Source: Takakia lepidozioides (taxonomy: Eukaryota > Plantae > Bryophyta). Taken from it: a stretch of 64,000 bases of DNA. The stretch lies in NCBI GenBank assembly GCA_030704615.1, contig CM060732.1, forward strand, positions 10,664,001 through 10,728,000, written 5' to 3'. The notes below the pieces were generated by a model, which was not told where the DNA came from, did not search any database, and saw only the letters and a list, made by a program, of their open reading frames with translations. Positions 40,201 through 52,849 of this stretch are shown one piece after another (the stretch's first letter is position 1; each line of letters starts with the position of its first letter). Both the position numbers and the translations under genes were made by a program.

Positions 40201-41725
40201 TGCAACATGGCGGTGTTATTATCATACATCTTTTGTATGACATAAGGTCCTTTCCATGGTGATTTAAGCTTAGAAACTTTAATCTTACCTTTCTTCTACA
40301 ACCAGAGAACCAAATCTCCCGTCTTAAAAGTCTTTAACTTGCCTTCATCAAACTGTTCCTTCCTCTTCATCTGAATTCTGGTCATGTTATCTGCTGCATT
40401 AGCACGTACTTCTTCCACATGGTATAATTCATGTTTCCTGACCTTAATTGAATCTTCCAATTCCATTCTCTTTCCCCATTCCATTCTCATGGTAGGTAAC
40501 AAGAATTCCACTGGAAGTAAAGCTTCCATACCATACACTAATTGGAATGGTGTATACTTAGTGATGACTTTATATGAAGTCCTGTATGACCACAAAGCTG
40601 TCAGCAGCTTTGTATCCCAATCTGTTCTGTTTGCATTGACTATCTTAGCCAAGATAGTACATAGTATTTTGTTGGTAGCCTCTGCCTGCCCATTACCCTG
40701 TGGGTAATACGTTGTACTCTTCCTATGCACAATCATGAACTCTTTAGTCAATAGATCAATGGTCTCATTAATGAAGTGACTTCCCTGATCACTGATAAAT
40801 TCCAAGGGACAGCCAAATCGTGTAAGTATGTTCTCATATAGGAACCTTGCTGTGGACTTAGCTGTGTTGTCCCTCAAAGCTTTAGCTTCCACCCACTTCG
40901 TAGTATAATCAGTGGCTGTAATTATGTACTTGTTCTGTGTATTCTTGGCCGGTGGGTTAATTGGTCCAACAAAGTCTAGTCCCCATTTCTGAAATGGTTT
41001 AGTAGGCATCATAGGATGCAAAGCCATCTTCCCATATCTCTGCAAAGGTCCTAGCCTCTGACATTCATCACAACTCTGACAATACTTGTGTACATCTTTG
41101 AACAAAGTAGGCCACTAGTAACCTGCAAGTAGTATCTTCTTACTGGTAGTCTCTTCTCCAAAATGTCCTCCAGCCACTCCTTTATGAACTTCCTCCAAAA
41201 CTTTATTTACTTCATGGTGGTACAAGCATCGTTTGAGTACTCCATCAGGTCCTAGCTTATACATTCTGCCTCCTACCATAGTATAAGGTAAAGCCTTGAT
41301 AGCGATTCTCTTCCTCTGCTCCTTACCATAACTAGATGGGCACTGACCATGAGTAAGGTAGTATCTGATTGGCCACTGCCAATCTAACCATTCATTTGCA
41401 CTTCCTTGCACCTCCATTACAAATAAACTCGCATCAGGTAATTGATCGTCTACTCCTGTGGCGGCCTCTCCTGTTGTTAGTCGTGACAAGTGATCTGCCA
41501 CAAGATGCAAACGGCCAGGCTTGTAAACAACTTCGAACTCAAACTCGTGCAAGATTATTAACCACCTTGCTATCCTTCCACTTATCAAAGGTTTGTTCAC
41601 CAGATATATTAGAGCCTGGTGATCCACATAAAACAAAAACTTTCTTCCCAATAGGTAATGCCTGAATTTCTTGACTGCATAAATCATTGCCAGTGCTTCT
41701 CTTTCAGTTGTGCTATAGTTCCTGT
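37236..41725 (-). mobile_element. Non-chromovirus Ty3/Gypsy 3' half: RNase H, H2C2, integrase, 30-bp minisatellite and an extra 3' coiled-coil ORF
   Basis: RNYSTTEREALAMIYAVKKFRHYL; HKGVAGGHFG...CQSCDECQR; WGLDFVGPINPP...TDYTTKWVEA...SDQGSHF...PQGNGQAE; WKGPY. Broken ORFs at 39294-37236 have heptad-rich segments. Confidence 0.9.
39725..40005 (-). repeat. 30-bp minisatellite reading (RRDTAYHSPS)n
   Basis: tgtgataggctgtgtcgcgccgtgatgggc, about 5 near-perfect and several degenerate copies. Related to the cacagcc repeats at 43548-43775. Confidence 0.9.
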
Positions 41726-41905
41726 ACTTAGCCTTGTTGGAGTTATCAACCCATATTGCAGATCCGTACTCCAAGGCAGGTCTAATAACGCGACAAAGCA
41801 TGGTTTTCTTAACCTCAGAGTTGACCCCTCTGCAGTGGAAAAATTTAGTGAGCCCCAGAGCTTTGCCCTTGCCAGTTTGAACAACTTTCCAGATATGTTG
41901 TGCCC
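41726..41905 (-). mobile_element. Internal LINE RT fragment of the same family as 30050-31132
   Basis: Near-identical to 30050-30205 (QTGKGKALGLTKFFHCRGVNSEVKKTMLCRVIRPALEYGSAIWVDNSN). Confidence 0.9.
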
Positions 41906-43418
41906 TTCATTGATCATTAAGATACAGCGGCGCATCTTAAGACCTCAGGGAAGTGAATGAACCTGATGCTTGGGCAATCCACTCTTTTTGTGTTTTGTTG
42001 TTTGTTGGTCTTGGGAGCCATTTTGCAGGCTCCTCTTCCGCAAACCATCAAGGTGATGGCTTGTTTATGCTCTGATTTCTTTCTACTCCTGCTTTGGAAT
42101 GCATGTTGTACAGCGATAACAAGCGTGAGACCTGTGATTCACCTGGGGTTCCACAATCCTTACTAACCTGTCGGTTTTTGTGGGGGCTTGTGATGGGACC
42201 AGGTGAGGGTCCTCACTTAATATGATTATTTGAGCTTGAAGTTGAATGAAATCGAGCTACTGATGCGACGCCGCAACTTCTGTATCTTTGGGGGAGAAGA
42301 CCTCTTTCTGCCTCTTTGCATTGATCTTTCTGGCCTTTGTTCTTAACCTTCTATGGTGGACAACGATTCATTAGGATATTTCTCTCTTGTTCCCTGTGGC
42401 CTTCTGTTGTGACACCGGAGCAATTATATGACGAGCTGGCTGTTTTAAGATATCTAGTACCAAGCAGCAAAGTGGGGAAGCTCTGTTTTTTGACCAAACA
42501 GTGTCCTTTATTGTAAACCTTGGAAAGCCTGGATTCTGTTACGAGCAGGCTGTTTTAGGACATTTGGTGCCATGCAAAATTGTAGGGTGGCTCTTCTTCG
42601 ACCAGATAATGTCTTTGGTTACAAGCCCCTGGATGCTTGGTTTTTTTAATGGACAATGTCCATGGTGGTAAGCACTTGCTGGCTGTTAAGAAGTTGATTC
42701 AGGCCCTGTGTTCATGTTGCCTTAGGATAAATATGCCGTGGCAGCTTACTAGCCTGTTGGAATGAACAATTCAGACCCTGTGATACTACTCTATGATGGT
42801 AAACTGATTAGAAAAATATCTGCAATTTTAATATGGTGTTTGTGTTACCAAAACAGACTGGAATTCGTTTTCCAGCGTGCAATGTAGACATTGGTGGTAA
42901 TTGTAGCAATCTGAATACTTGCTTGCTATTCAACACCTTGTTAACGCATTTATACACTAGCCCCAGACCTAAACTAGGTCGTGGGACAAAAAACAAGGTA
43001 TCTGGTTATACCCTAGTGTGTAATTTGCTTAGAAAATGTCTGCAGCTCTCATATGGTGAAGGTGTTAAACAAAACAAAGCTGGAACTTCTTTTCCAGGCT
43101 TTCAATGTAATCGAGGGTGGCAATTTTGGCAAGCTGAACACTTATTCTTGCTATGCACAGTTGTAAATATTCCATATGAAACATACCCAAACATGTAATA
43201 CTTGTTTGGGTCCCCGTTTTGCTGAATATAAAGCTGATTTATATAGGGGGGGTTCTTTATGTAATCCAACACCCCCCCCCCCCCCCCACCCATTCATTTC
43301 ATTTACTTTGAAATCAGATGTATGCCTTTTTAAGACTGGTTTTTGAATGAAGGATGATTGATAATGCCTTGTTATGAGGCTGATTTGTCATTAATTTGAC
43401 AAAGACCTTGTTTGGTCT

Positions 43419-46400
43419 TGTCGTGTTAGAGGGCTGTTTGGGACTTAGACACTTTTACAGGTCCTGTGGGGTACCCTTAATTTTTATACAGACTGAGACG
43501 AATAGGAGCCTTAGGGGTGACAGCAGCAGGCTTTAGGGACGAGGGTTACACAGCCAACACAGCCCGTCACAACCAGTCACAGCCAGCACAGCCCGTCACA
43601 GCCCGTCACAGCCGCCACAGCTTCGCACAGCCGTCACAGCCAACACAGCCGCCACAGCTTCGCACAGCCGACACAGCCGTCACAGCCAGTCACAGCCCGA
43701 CACAGCTGACACAGCCAGTCACAGCCGACACAGCCTTACACAACTCGGCATAGTTTGACACAGCTTGTCACAGTACATAGGGAATAGTTATCATGGGATT
43801 GTGAAGGAACGACATCTGCAGAAAGAACGTGTTACATTAGGGATGACGGTAAATTGTTAGCAAGGCGGTTAGAACAGGTTGTAGGTAGATAAAGCGGAGA
43901 ACGGAGACTTCTGGGGGGGACAGAATTCTGGGAGCACTTCTTGGTCATGGAGGAGAGGAGATCGGGCGGAGAGCAAGAACGAAAGCACGGAGAAAGATGA
44001 GAGTTGGACAATAGATGTTTGTTTCATGCAGAACTGTAGTGATACTGTAGGGCGGATTAGAGTCACTTGACATTGGCCTAGTACCTGATAAATCATAATC
44101 TGATACTTATTTGATACAAGCACACTATGTAGAGAGACATGAGTGAAGTTGTGAAATGAATGCATGATTAACTGGGACTAAGAAGATACTGAAGCAAATT
44201 GATGCTACAGTATCAGATAAGGTAAATTGATAACATGAAGGCAAGAAGGAATACAAAGGGGAAGCACAACCATGATTCACTAGCTGCAGGTCATGACTGA
44301 TTGTACTGGCTGAGTGCTTAGAGATATCCAACTCTTCTATCTTGGAGTTTCCACCTCGGATAGCGAAGGGATGGGTGAGTAAAAGCCATTCGACATTTGG
44401 CGACCATACTGGGGAACTGGGTCATGAACAACCAGATGTGACAGGTATCTAGTGGGATCATGGTGGTTGGAGAATTAAAGAATTTGATGTGAATCAAATT
44501 CCCTGTGAAACTAAGAAGGAAATATTGTCCAAACGATTCTTTCAAAGGTTCTTGGAATTGCCAGACGGTTGTAAAGAAAACATTCCTAAAAGAGTGCATG
44601 ATGCTGACCTTGAGTGGGGTCTGGAGAAAGGAGTGATAAAGATTTATCAGGTGGCCTGTAGAGGAAGAGCACGTTGGTTACCAACACTGGTTTATGTTAT
44701 AGCATTGCTATCCATTAAGCGAGTAGAGTTTGAAGGCTGGGAGGAAAGGAATGTGAATGTTTATACTCATATGCATGAAAAGCTTGTACTGGTAAAGAAT
44801 TGGATTTCAAAGGATATTTTGTGGATCAAACTCACACCAAGAACAACTTTCCAGACTTGTTTGCCATATGGTTATATGATAATGGAGACTTCTAATATAG
44901 CCAAGGGTGCATTGAAGCTTGAAAGAAACCCAGGCATATACGAGAGATACTACATAAGAGAGTTTTGGTTACTACCACATTAAAGAAATGAAAGACATAG
45001 GACATGAGTGATGAAAGAGAAGCTAGACTCCAGAGATATTCAGCAAAAAGATAAAGGTATCTGAAAGCTAATTATCCATATCTTTGGGAGAGAGGAATAG
45101 ACATAGGGGAATCATCTGGACCTCTCACACCATTAAGATCATAGAGTACATCACCCATACCGGAAGAACTAGAGTTGGATGCCACTCCTTCTTTTTCTCT
45201 GCAAAATAGATTAAGGGAATTGGTACGGGAAGAAGATCAACCACGAGGTGAAAGATCTGAGGTACATCCCTGGATAAAAGATTTGACAGAAATCTTTGAT
45301 AAGAGTTGGCATGGAACACCAAAAGCAGGAACTCCAGTTTCTGAAATGGAAGGTGAAGAAGGAGGAGATGATGGGCAGAGCCAACGGAGAGTTCAGACTC
45401 TCCAACACCATTGCAGTTACATGAGTGAAGAAGAAACCCAAGGGCAGAACTTGGAGGATGAAAATAGAGAGAAGAAATTGGAAGAGGAAGAGTATGAAGA
45501 AGTAGACCCAACAGCTGAGGTTGAGACTACAACCAGGACATCCCAACCCGTTGGACCTGGATCAAGTGGAGCACTTGGATCACAGGGCAACGAAGATGTC
45601 GGCTCAGGGGGATCAGGCGGGCAGCCTGGACCTGGCTCTGGGGGGACAGGGAGTGTGGGAAGTAGTGCAACTGGAGCTGGGAATACTGTGAATATAGTGG
45701 GGCCAGTAGCAGAGAGTGCTCAGGGGCCACCACACTTGGTGGGAGATCCACCACAATTACAACAGGTCCTCAAGGACCAGCACCAGCAAGGGTGCCAACA
45801 CCTGTCAGTGGGCAGAAGGTAGGGCCACAGATGGCGTTACAACCAACACGGGCAAAACCACATTTTCCAATATATTCAGGAAAAGGGGACCCCAATGTAC
45901 ACATTAGCCAATTTGAGCACATGTGTATAGTGAACAATGAGAATGGCGATGATACCAAGATGAGACTGTTTCCTTGTTCCCTTATCAAGAAAGCAAGTGA
46001 ATGGTATGCAAGATTCCCTGATAATCATTTCATAACCTGAAATGGCTTGAATACAGCATTCCGAAATAGGTTCATGACAAGTAAAACTGAGGATGAAGTG
46101 TATGGAAGTTTACAACAGTTAAAGCAAAAGAAGCATGAAACTGTTGAGGAGTATATGGAAAAAATGGAATTGATAATGAAAAAGCTGGCTGCTGTACCAG
46201 CACCAGGTTTACAGAAGATGTGGTTTGTGAATGGACTAAGACCAGAGTTGCAAAAGAAAGTGGATATGTTACCCCATAATACAGTGGAGGAGGCATTTGA
46301 AACAGCAAACAGAATTGAGCAATTGGGAATGCTCAGAAGAGAGAAAAAGGATGATGAGGACTCTGAGGATAAGTCAGATGAAGAAGAAGAGCAAGAACTG

Positions 46401-46975
46401 AAAAGGAAGAGTAAGAGAAAGGAGAAGTTGAAGAGGGATAACTATGAGAAAAGATTAGAAGAAATCTTGAAGAAGTATGCCACAGAGGCTGCAACACATT
46501 GGAGGAAGGGTGTTTGGTGTGCAAAGTGCCAGAATGAAGGCCATACCACCACTAAATGCCACATGAAGGAGAAACATTGTACAGATGGATAATCATTCTA
46601 CTGAGAATTGTTACTACAACAGAAGGACAGCTGCAAGAGAACCTAGGCAAGTAAGGGTGCATTAAGTGCAGCCCCAGCCAAGAAGAAACAGTGATCATGA
46701 CCATTATGGTAGGCCTGGTGGTTATAACAATGGCATGGAAGGGAGAGGTAATTCAAGAGGGAATTACCAAGGAAATTCCAGAGGCAACTATCAGGGTAAT
46801 CCAAGGGGGAATTACCAGCCAGGGTTACAGAAATAATCCTAGAGTAGACCAAGAGCGAGGACCCAATGGTGAAGAACTGTGTTACTATTGTAATCAGCCA
46901 GGACATCGCAAGGCAGCCTGTTCATTCTGGATTAGACACCAGAATGAGATGAGAGCTCTATTGCAGAACTCAGTA
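43419..46975 (+). mobile_element. Tat/Ogre-like Gypsy 5' half: LTR, PBS, extra upstream ORF and gag
   Basis: TGTCG (43419, tentative start)...CGACA (44395); PBS tggcgaccatactgggga (44398), tRNA-Arg type; 164-aa ORF at 44489-44983; gag YSGKGDPNVHISQFE...RLFPCSL..KASEWY and QKKHETVEEY; CCHC knuckles CAKCQNEGHTTTKC and CYYCNQPGHRKAAC. Truncated before the protease. Confidence 0.85.
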
Positions 46976-49900
46976 TGAAGAGTGCATGAAGTTGAACACA
47001 AATCAAGTTTGGAGTGCAAAATGGGGAAGAAACTGTGGTTTTGGGTCCAAATGAATTGTGTTCGCTCCCAAATTTTGCACGCACGTTGAATATGGCTACA
47101 TTACACGCCCCATCAAAAAACGGAATGAAAAACAAATCGTGAACACGCGAAACACAATCCAACAGGTCCCAAAGTATTAGTAGATCCAACGGAATACATT
47201 CAATGGGTGAACGGATGGTTACCCATCCAAATCATTTTTGTTTGCTTCCAAACTTTGCCAGTACATTCAAGACACCCTCTCACAAGTCGCGGACTAATAT
47301 GAGATCAATCGAAATTCATTCGATGGCTCAACGGATGGTTGGCCATCGAAATGATTTTGGTTTGCTTTGAGACTTGGCCACTATGTTCAATGTGCCATGT
47401 AAGAGGCCCCATAGTAATATGAGATCAATCGAAATTCGTTCAATGGGCCAAAGGATGGTTGCCCATCCAAATTATTTTCGTTCGCTTTGAAACTTGGGCA
47501 GTGTGTTCAATGTACCTTCTGATATGTCCCAGTGTAGTACGAGATCAATCCAAAACTCATTCGATTGTCCAATGAGGCATTCACTTGTCATCTGGTTTTT
47601 GTTCAATGCGAAAAAAAAATCCTGCAATGCGTGCACGGCTATTGCACCCATTGAACGGATGTGGTTGAAGCCCCTCTTTTGCCCCCATGTGCTGGAGCAT
47701 GTGTGGAGACACATTAGACGAATAAATCATTTGCCTCTCCATCGACACGTTCACCCCTCAAGCCATTCCACAATTGAATTGAATTTAAATTCATTTTAAG
47801 CCAATGAATAGGTTTGCACTGTCTTTCATTGGGGGTTTTTGGCACGTATCGATTTTTTTTTTGGCTCAATTTTGTTCTGCGGCTTCAAGCATCCCACCGC
47901 TACTCCCTCGCCAAAATTTGGACCAATCAAAAATGCCTAAAAAAAAAAGTGTTCTCTTCGCTCATTATTGCAGAACTCTTTATAAAGAGTGCATGAAGTT
48001 GAACACAAATCAAGTTTGGAGTGCAAAACAGGAAAGAAACTGTGGTTTTGGGTCCAAACGAATTATGTTCGCTCCCAAATTTTGCACGCTCATTGCATAT
48101 GGCTACATTATACGCCCCATTAAAAATCGGAATGAAAAACGAATCGTGAACACGCGAAACACAGTCCAACAGGTCCCAAAGCAATAGCAGATCCAACGGA
48201 GTAAAGGGGATTTTAGAGAAATACCAGGATGTGATGCCGGAGGATCTACCAAGCGGCTTGCCACCGCGAATAGGAGTTGACCACAAGATTGAGGTGATAC
48301 CGGGATCGGAACCGCCTGCCAAGGCGCCCTACCGGTTGAGCCATAGAGAGTTGGTCGAGTTGAAGGCTCAGCTCAAGGATCTAATGTAAAAAGGGTACAT
48401 CCAGTCGAGTAAGTCACCTTACGGAGCCCCGGTGCTATTTGAAGATAAGAAGGATGGGACGTTGCGGATGTCTGTCGATTACAGGGCCCTGAATAAGGTA
48501 ACTATCAAGAACCGGTATCCTTTGCCAAGGATCGACGACCTCTTCGATCGGTTGGCAGGAGTGAAGTATTTCAGCCGGATCGATTTGCGCTCCGGGTATC
48601 ATCAGATCCGAGTGGCGGAAGGAGATAAGGAGAAGACCGCGTGCAGGACAAGGTATGGTTCATATGAGTTCGTGGTGATGCCTTTTTGTCTCACCAACGC
48701 ACCCGCAACCTTTAGCACGTTGATGAACAGCCTTTTCCAGGAGTGGCTGGATGACTTTGTGATCGTGTACATCGACGACATCTTGGTGTACTTGAAAACA
48801 AAGGAGGAGCACCTAGAGCACCTCAAAAGGGTGTTCCAGAAATTGCGGGAAGGGAAGCTGTATGCCAAAGCTTCAAAGTGCAAATTCGGGGTCACAAAAA
48901 TGAAGTTCCCGGGGCATGTGATTACACAGGATTGGATCAAAATGGATAATAGAAAGGTGAGGGCGATCTTGGACTGGGAGCCTCCGACTTCGGTCTCGGG
49001 AATGCAATCCTTCCTAGGACTCACCTCCTATTATCGAAAGTATGTGAGAAATTTTGCCAAGATCGCGGGGCAGTTGTCAGACCTTCTGTGTAAATCCAAG
49101 GTACGGGTATGGAACACCTTTTGTGGCCAAGCTTTTGCCGAGTTGAAACAGCGGATGGCGGAAGCTCTAGTCTTGAAAATCCCGGAGTTCGATTGTCCAT
49201 TTGAGATTCATACAGATGCGTCGGACTTCACGATTGGGTGTATATTTATGCAAGATGGACGTCCACTGGCTTACGAAAGTAAGAAACTGAATGAAGTGGA
49301 GCGACGGTGGCCTACACATGAGAAGGAAATGAAGGCGGTGGTGCATTGCCTTGAGCTTTGACGCCACTATGTTGGTTCCAACCCAATGAAGGTGTTCACG
49401 GACAATGGGTGAACGGATGGTTACCCATCCAAATCATTTTTGTTTGCTTCCAAACTTTGCCAGTACGTTGGAGACACCCTCTCACAGGTCGCGGACTAAT
49501 ATGAGATCAATCGATATTCATTCGATGGCTCAACGGATGGTTGGCCATCGAAATGATTTTGGTTCGCTTTGAGACTTGGCCACTATGTTCAATGTGCCAT
49601 GTAAGAGGCCCCAAAGTAATATGAGATCAATCGAAATTCGTTCAATGGGCCAACGGATGGTTGCCCATCCAAATGATTTTCGTTCGCTTTGAAACTTGGG
49701 CAGGTGTTCAATGTACCCTCTGATACATCCTAGTGTAATACGAGATCAATCAAAATTTGTTCAATTGTCCAATGAGGCGTTCACTTGTCATCTGGTTTTT
49801 GTTCAATGCGAAAAAAAAATCCTGCAATTGCACCCATTGAACGGATGTGGTTGAAGCCCTTCTTTTGCCCCCATGTGCTGGAACATGTGTGGAGACACAT

Positions 49901-50760
49901 GAGACAAATAAATCATTTGCCTCCCCATCGACGCGTTCACCCCTCAAGCCATTCCACAATTGAATTGAATTGAATTTAAATTCATTTTAAGCCAATAAAT
50001 AGGTTTGCACTGTCTTTCATTGGGGGATTTTGGCACGTATCGATTTTGTTTTTGGCTCAATTTTATTCTGCGGCTTCAAGCATCCCACCGCTACTCCCTC
50101 GCCAAAATTTGGACCAATCAAAAATGCCTTAAAAAAAAAAAAGTGTTCTCTTCGCTCACTGTTGCAGAACTCTCTATGAAGAATGCATGAAGTTGAACAC
50201 AAATCAAGTTTGGAGTGCAAAATAGGGAAGAAACTGTGGTTTTGGGTCCAAATGAATTATGTTCGCTCCCAAATTTGGCACGCACGTTGCATATGGCTAC
50301 ATTACACGGCCCATTAAAAAACGGAATGAAAAACAAATCGTGAGCACGCGAAACACAGTCCAACAGGTCCCAAAGTATTAGTAGATCCAACGGAATACAT
50401 TCAACGGGTGAACGGATGGTTACCCATCCAAATCATTTTTGTTTGCTTCCAAACTTTGCCAGTACGTTGGAGACACCTTCTCACAGGTTGCGGACTAATA
50501 TGAGATCAATCGAAATTCATTCGATGGCTCAACGGATGGTTGGCTATCGAAATGATTTTGGTTCGCTTTGAGACTTGGCCACTATGTTCAATGTGCCATG
50601 TAAGAGGCCCCAGAGTAATATGAGATCAATCAAAATTCGTTCAATAGGCCAACGGATGGTTGCCCATCCAAATGATTTTTGTTTGCTTTGAGACTTGGCC
50701 AATATGTTCAATGTACCCTCTGATACGTCCCAGTGTAATATGAGATCAATCGAAATTATT
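46960..50760. repeat. Higher-order tandem repeat: about 2.6 copies of a ~1-kb unit, each with ~120-bp subrepeats
   Basis: The unit start tgcatgaagttgaacacaaatcaagtttggagtgcaaaa recurs at about 46983, 47990 and 50184. The subrepeat aacggatggttncccatccaaat...atgagatcaatcgaaattc recurs 3-4 times per unit. Confidence 0.9.
48201..49407 (+). mobile_element. Internal RT-RNase H fragment of the same chromovirus family as 14740-15950, without LTRs
   Basis: ORF 48432-49361 with [22 protein letters not shown] and TDASDF; colinear with the upstream element. Confidence 0.95.
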
Positions 50761-51333
50761 TTGTGCTTTGAGAACTTTGTGGGTATGTTCGTAGAAAGAT
50801 CATAGATTTTGCGAAATGATTATGAAATACGCAGGGACCAAGCGAAATTTGTTTGGAAGACGACCATTCGTAACTCGTTATAACTTATTGGTTAATATCA
50901 ATTTTCCTTGTTCTCCAGCTTTCGGAGTTCATTGCAAATACCCACATACACGTCATGACCAAATATGACACCATTGTAAATTTGTTTACAGGGTGAACTA
51001 CTTCTTCCCCATCACACGAGTGTAATTGTGAAGAAAACGTTGCTCATGCAATTGAAATTGGCAGGTGCCGCACATGTACATTGTGTGTTAACAAAATTGG
51101 TGATATACAAAATTGGCGGAATGCCATCATTGTGTTTTTTCCAACAATATTCAAGGTACAACAAAAATGCACATTGTATATGTACTATGCTGCCAGTCAT
51201 TAAAAGCCTAGTCATCACTGTCCGAGGACAAAGAATTTGATGTTGTGGCATGATTTGCACTGCCAATTGCCAGAGCTTGCGACCGTGATCTCGTGGTCAA
51301 TGAGGGGCCCAATGACATGTGATCAATTCTGGC

Positions 51334-52227
51334 CTACATCCGCCTACTTCGCGGCGAAAGTTGACTTTCTTCTTCACTCTCACGACGTGGGGGAGGTGGA
51401 TCGAGAACAAGTGCTCGGGCTGCATGCAAATCGGCAACGAGGCCATCCATATCTGGCAATAGAGCCCCCGAAACACGATGATAACGGTCTGTCCATAGTC
51501 GCCTCCATTTCTCTACAACTGCCTTGATGGTACTTTTGAAACTTTCCAATTGCCTCTTGCGGACATTGTCCCTAATCATTGTGTCGTTTCGATGATAAGC
51601 CGCCTCGTACGCCTCATTCATTCGGCGTTGACATATTATAGCATCTTCTAGTTCGGACAACAACAAATGTCTCCCAATCGGTTGTTGGTCATATATTTCG
51701 TTCTCCTCTAGCACCCATGGAACCTGTGGGAGCCGGATAAACCTGGACCTTCTTTGACTCCAATGCCCTCCCAGATTGCGGCAAAACTGCTCTCTCTCCC
51801 ACCAATCTCGAATGCCTCCCGCACGTATGGTTATCTCCCAGTCAGATGTGACCCAGAAATACTGGGGATCTTTGATGTATGCCGGGTTTCCGGCATGTAT
51901 GCCATGCATCTCTCTGTCTGCATCCCATACCAAGTTCTTGCCCCAATACACACAATTCAGAAATGTGAATGGTAGCCCATCCAACGGGAGGTTGTATCGA
52001 TTGTATTCAAAACCTATGGGCATCCGTTCCTCCAAGCCTACCAGCTCATAGAAACGGTGATGGATTGGTGTATGGCATTCTGGGCAAGCGCTCATCCGCA
52101 AGGCTTGCGGGATAAGACATGTGAGATGGAACATATGTCCACATGATCCAAGTACATGACATCCCTCTGGGCCGTATGGATTCCTATACATCGAACAAAC
52201 TGTGCCATCTGATATCCATGATGGCAA
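51334..52227 (-). CDS. Intronless RING-H2-like ORF, probably TE cargo and possibly degenerate
   Basis: CSMY(C lost)...CGHMFHLTC...CPEC pattern in a 297-aa open frame starting at a non-ATG codon, adjacent to the higher-order repeat. Confidence 0.55.
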   Translation of the reverse strand: MPSWISDGTVCSMYRNPYGPEGCHVLGSCGHMFHLTCLIPQALRMSACPECHTPIHHRFYELVGLEERMPIGFEYNRYNLPLDGLPFTFLNCVYWGKNLVWDADREMHGIHAGNPAYIKDPQYFWVTSDWEITIRAGGIRDWWEREQFCRNLGGHWSQRRSRFIRLPQVPWVLEENEIYDQQPIGRHLLLSELEDAIICQRRMNEAYEAAYHRNDTMIRDNVRKRQLESFKSTIKAVVEKWRRLWTDRYHRVSGALLPDMDGLVADLHAARALVLDPPPPRRESEEESQLSPRSRRM

Positions 52228-52651
52228 AACGCCTCGTGGTATCTCCTCCCTCTGGGCCGACGACGGATAGAAGTTGGATCAATGACTCCGGAGTCGCAGC
52301 AATGAGCGCGACTATTTAATTAATTACGTAAATAGACAAAATTATAAAAAGCGGCAATTACAATTGGTTTTAAGCACTGGAGAAACGACTCGAAAACCAA
52401 AATCCGTATTCCTAATAAATTCAGTTTTATATTTTTTAATTGGGGTGAATGTATCGTTGTTTGTACCACTCCTTTAACAACTAGGCATTCATTGCACACC
52501 CTATTCAAAGATGCAATTTCCGTAAGTGTTGTACGTGGTTCATGACGTGGAATATTTTAATATATTTTAGCTTTTTGTGCGGCTCATAGACATTAGGGTG
52601 TAGTCTCTCGTTGGTTGGCAAGTTGTTTTAATTGTCGGATGTAAAAGTATG

Positions 52652-52819
52652 ACGCCTCCCGAAGGAAGCGTCACTTATGGAGTCACTTCACCCCGAAGGG
52701 CTACTGCCTTCCGCTAGGAAGGTGGACACCTTCATAACACACCAGACCGTGGTTTAAACCCACAACCACATCCAACGTGGTATGTGCCCATTACCACTGG
52801 GTGTCAAGGGTTGAAGACT
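52652..52819 (-). mobile_element. tRNA-derived SINE with a highly structured 3' domain
   Basis: Minus strand has a box A-like gacacccagtggtaa and a box B-like gtgggtttaaaccac, then two C(UUCG)G hairpins. 7-bp TSD aagtatg (52645-52651 / 52820-52826). Confidence 0.65.
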
Positions 52820-52849
52820 AAGTATGTCCTTCGCCAAAATTCGTCCAAG

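Noticed and set aside
47472-50390. Recurrent short ORFs on both strands in the ~1-kb repeat
   Set aside because: The frames are not preserved between units, so they are by-products of the repeat.
52652-52740. Known ribozyme classes (hammerhead, HDV-like, twister, hairpin) for the structured motif
   Set aside because: By eye it lacks the CUGANGA/GAAA core and the other diagnostic consensus elements, so it is left unassigned pending a covariance search.
52745-52815. Possible tRNA gene
   Set aside because: It has only degenerate A/B boxes and no full cloverleaf, and it continues into a non-tRNA body flanked by a TSD, so it is treated as a SINE head.
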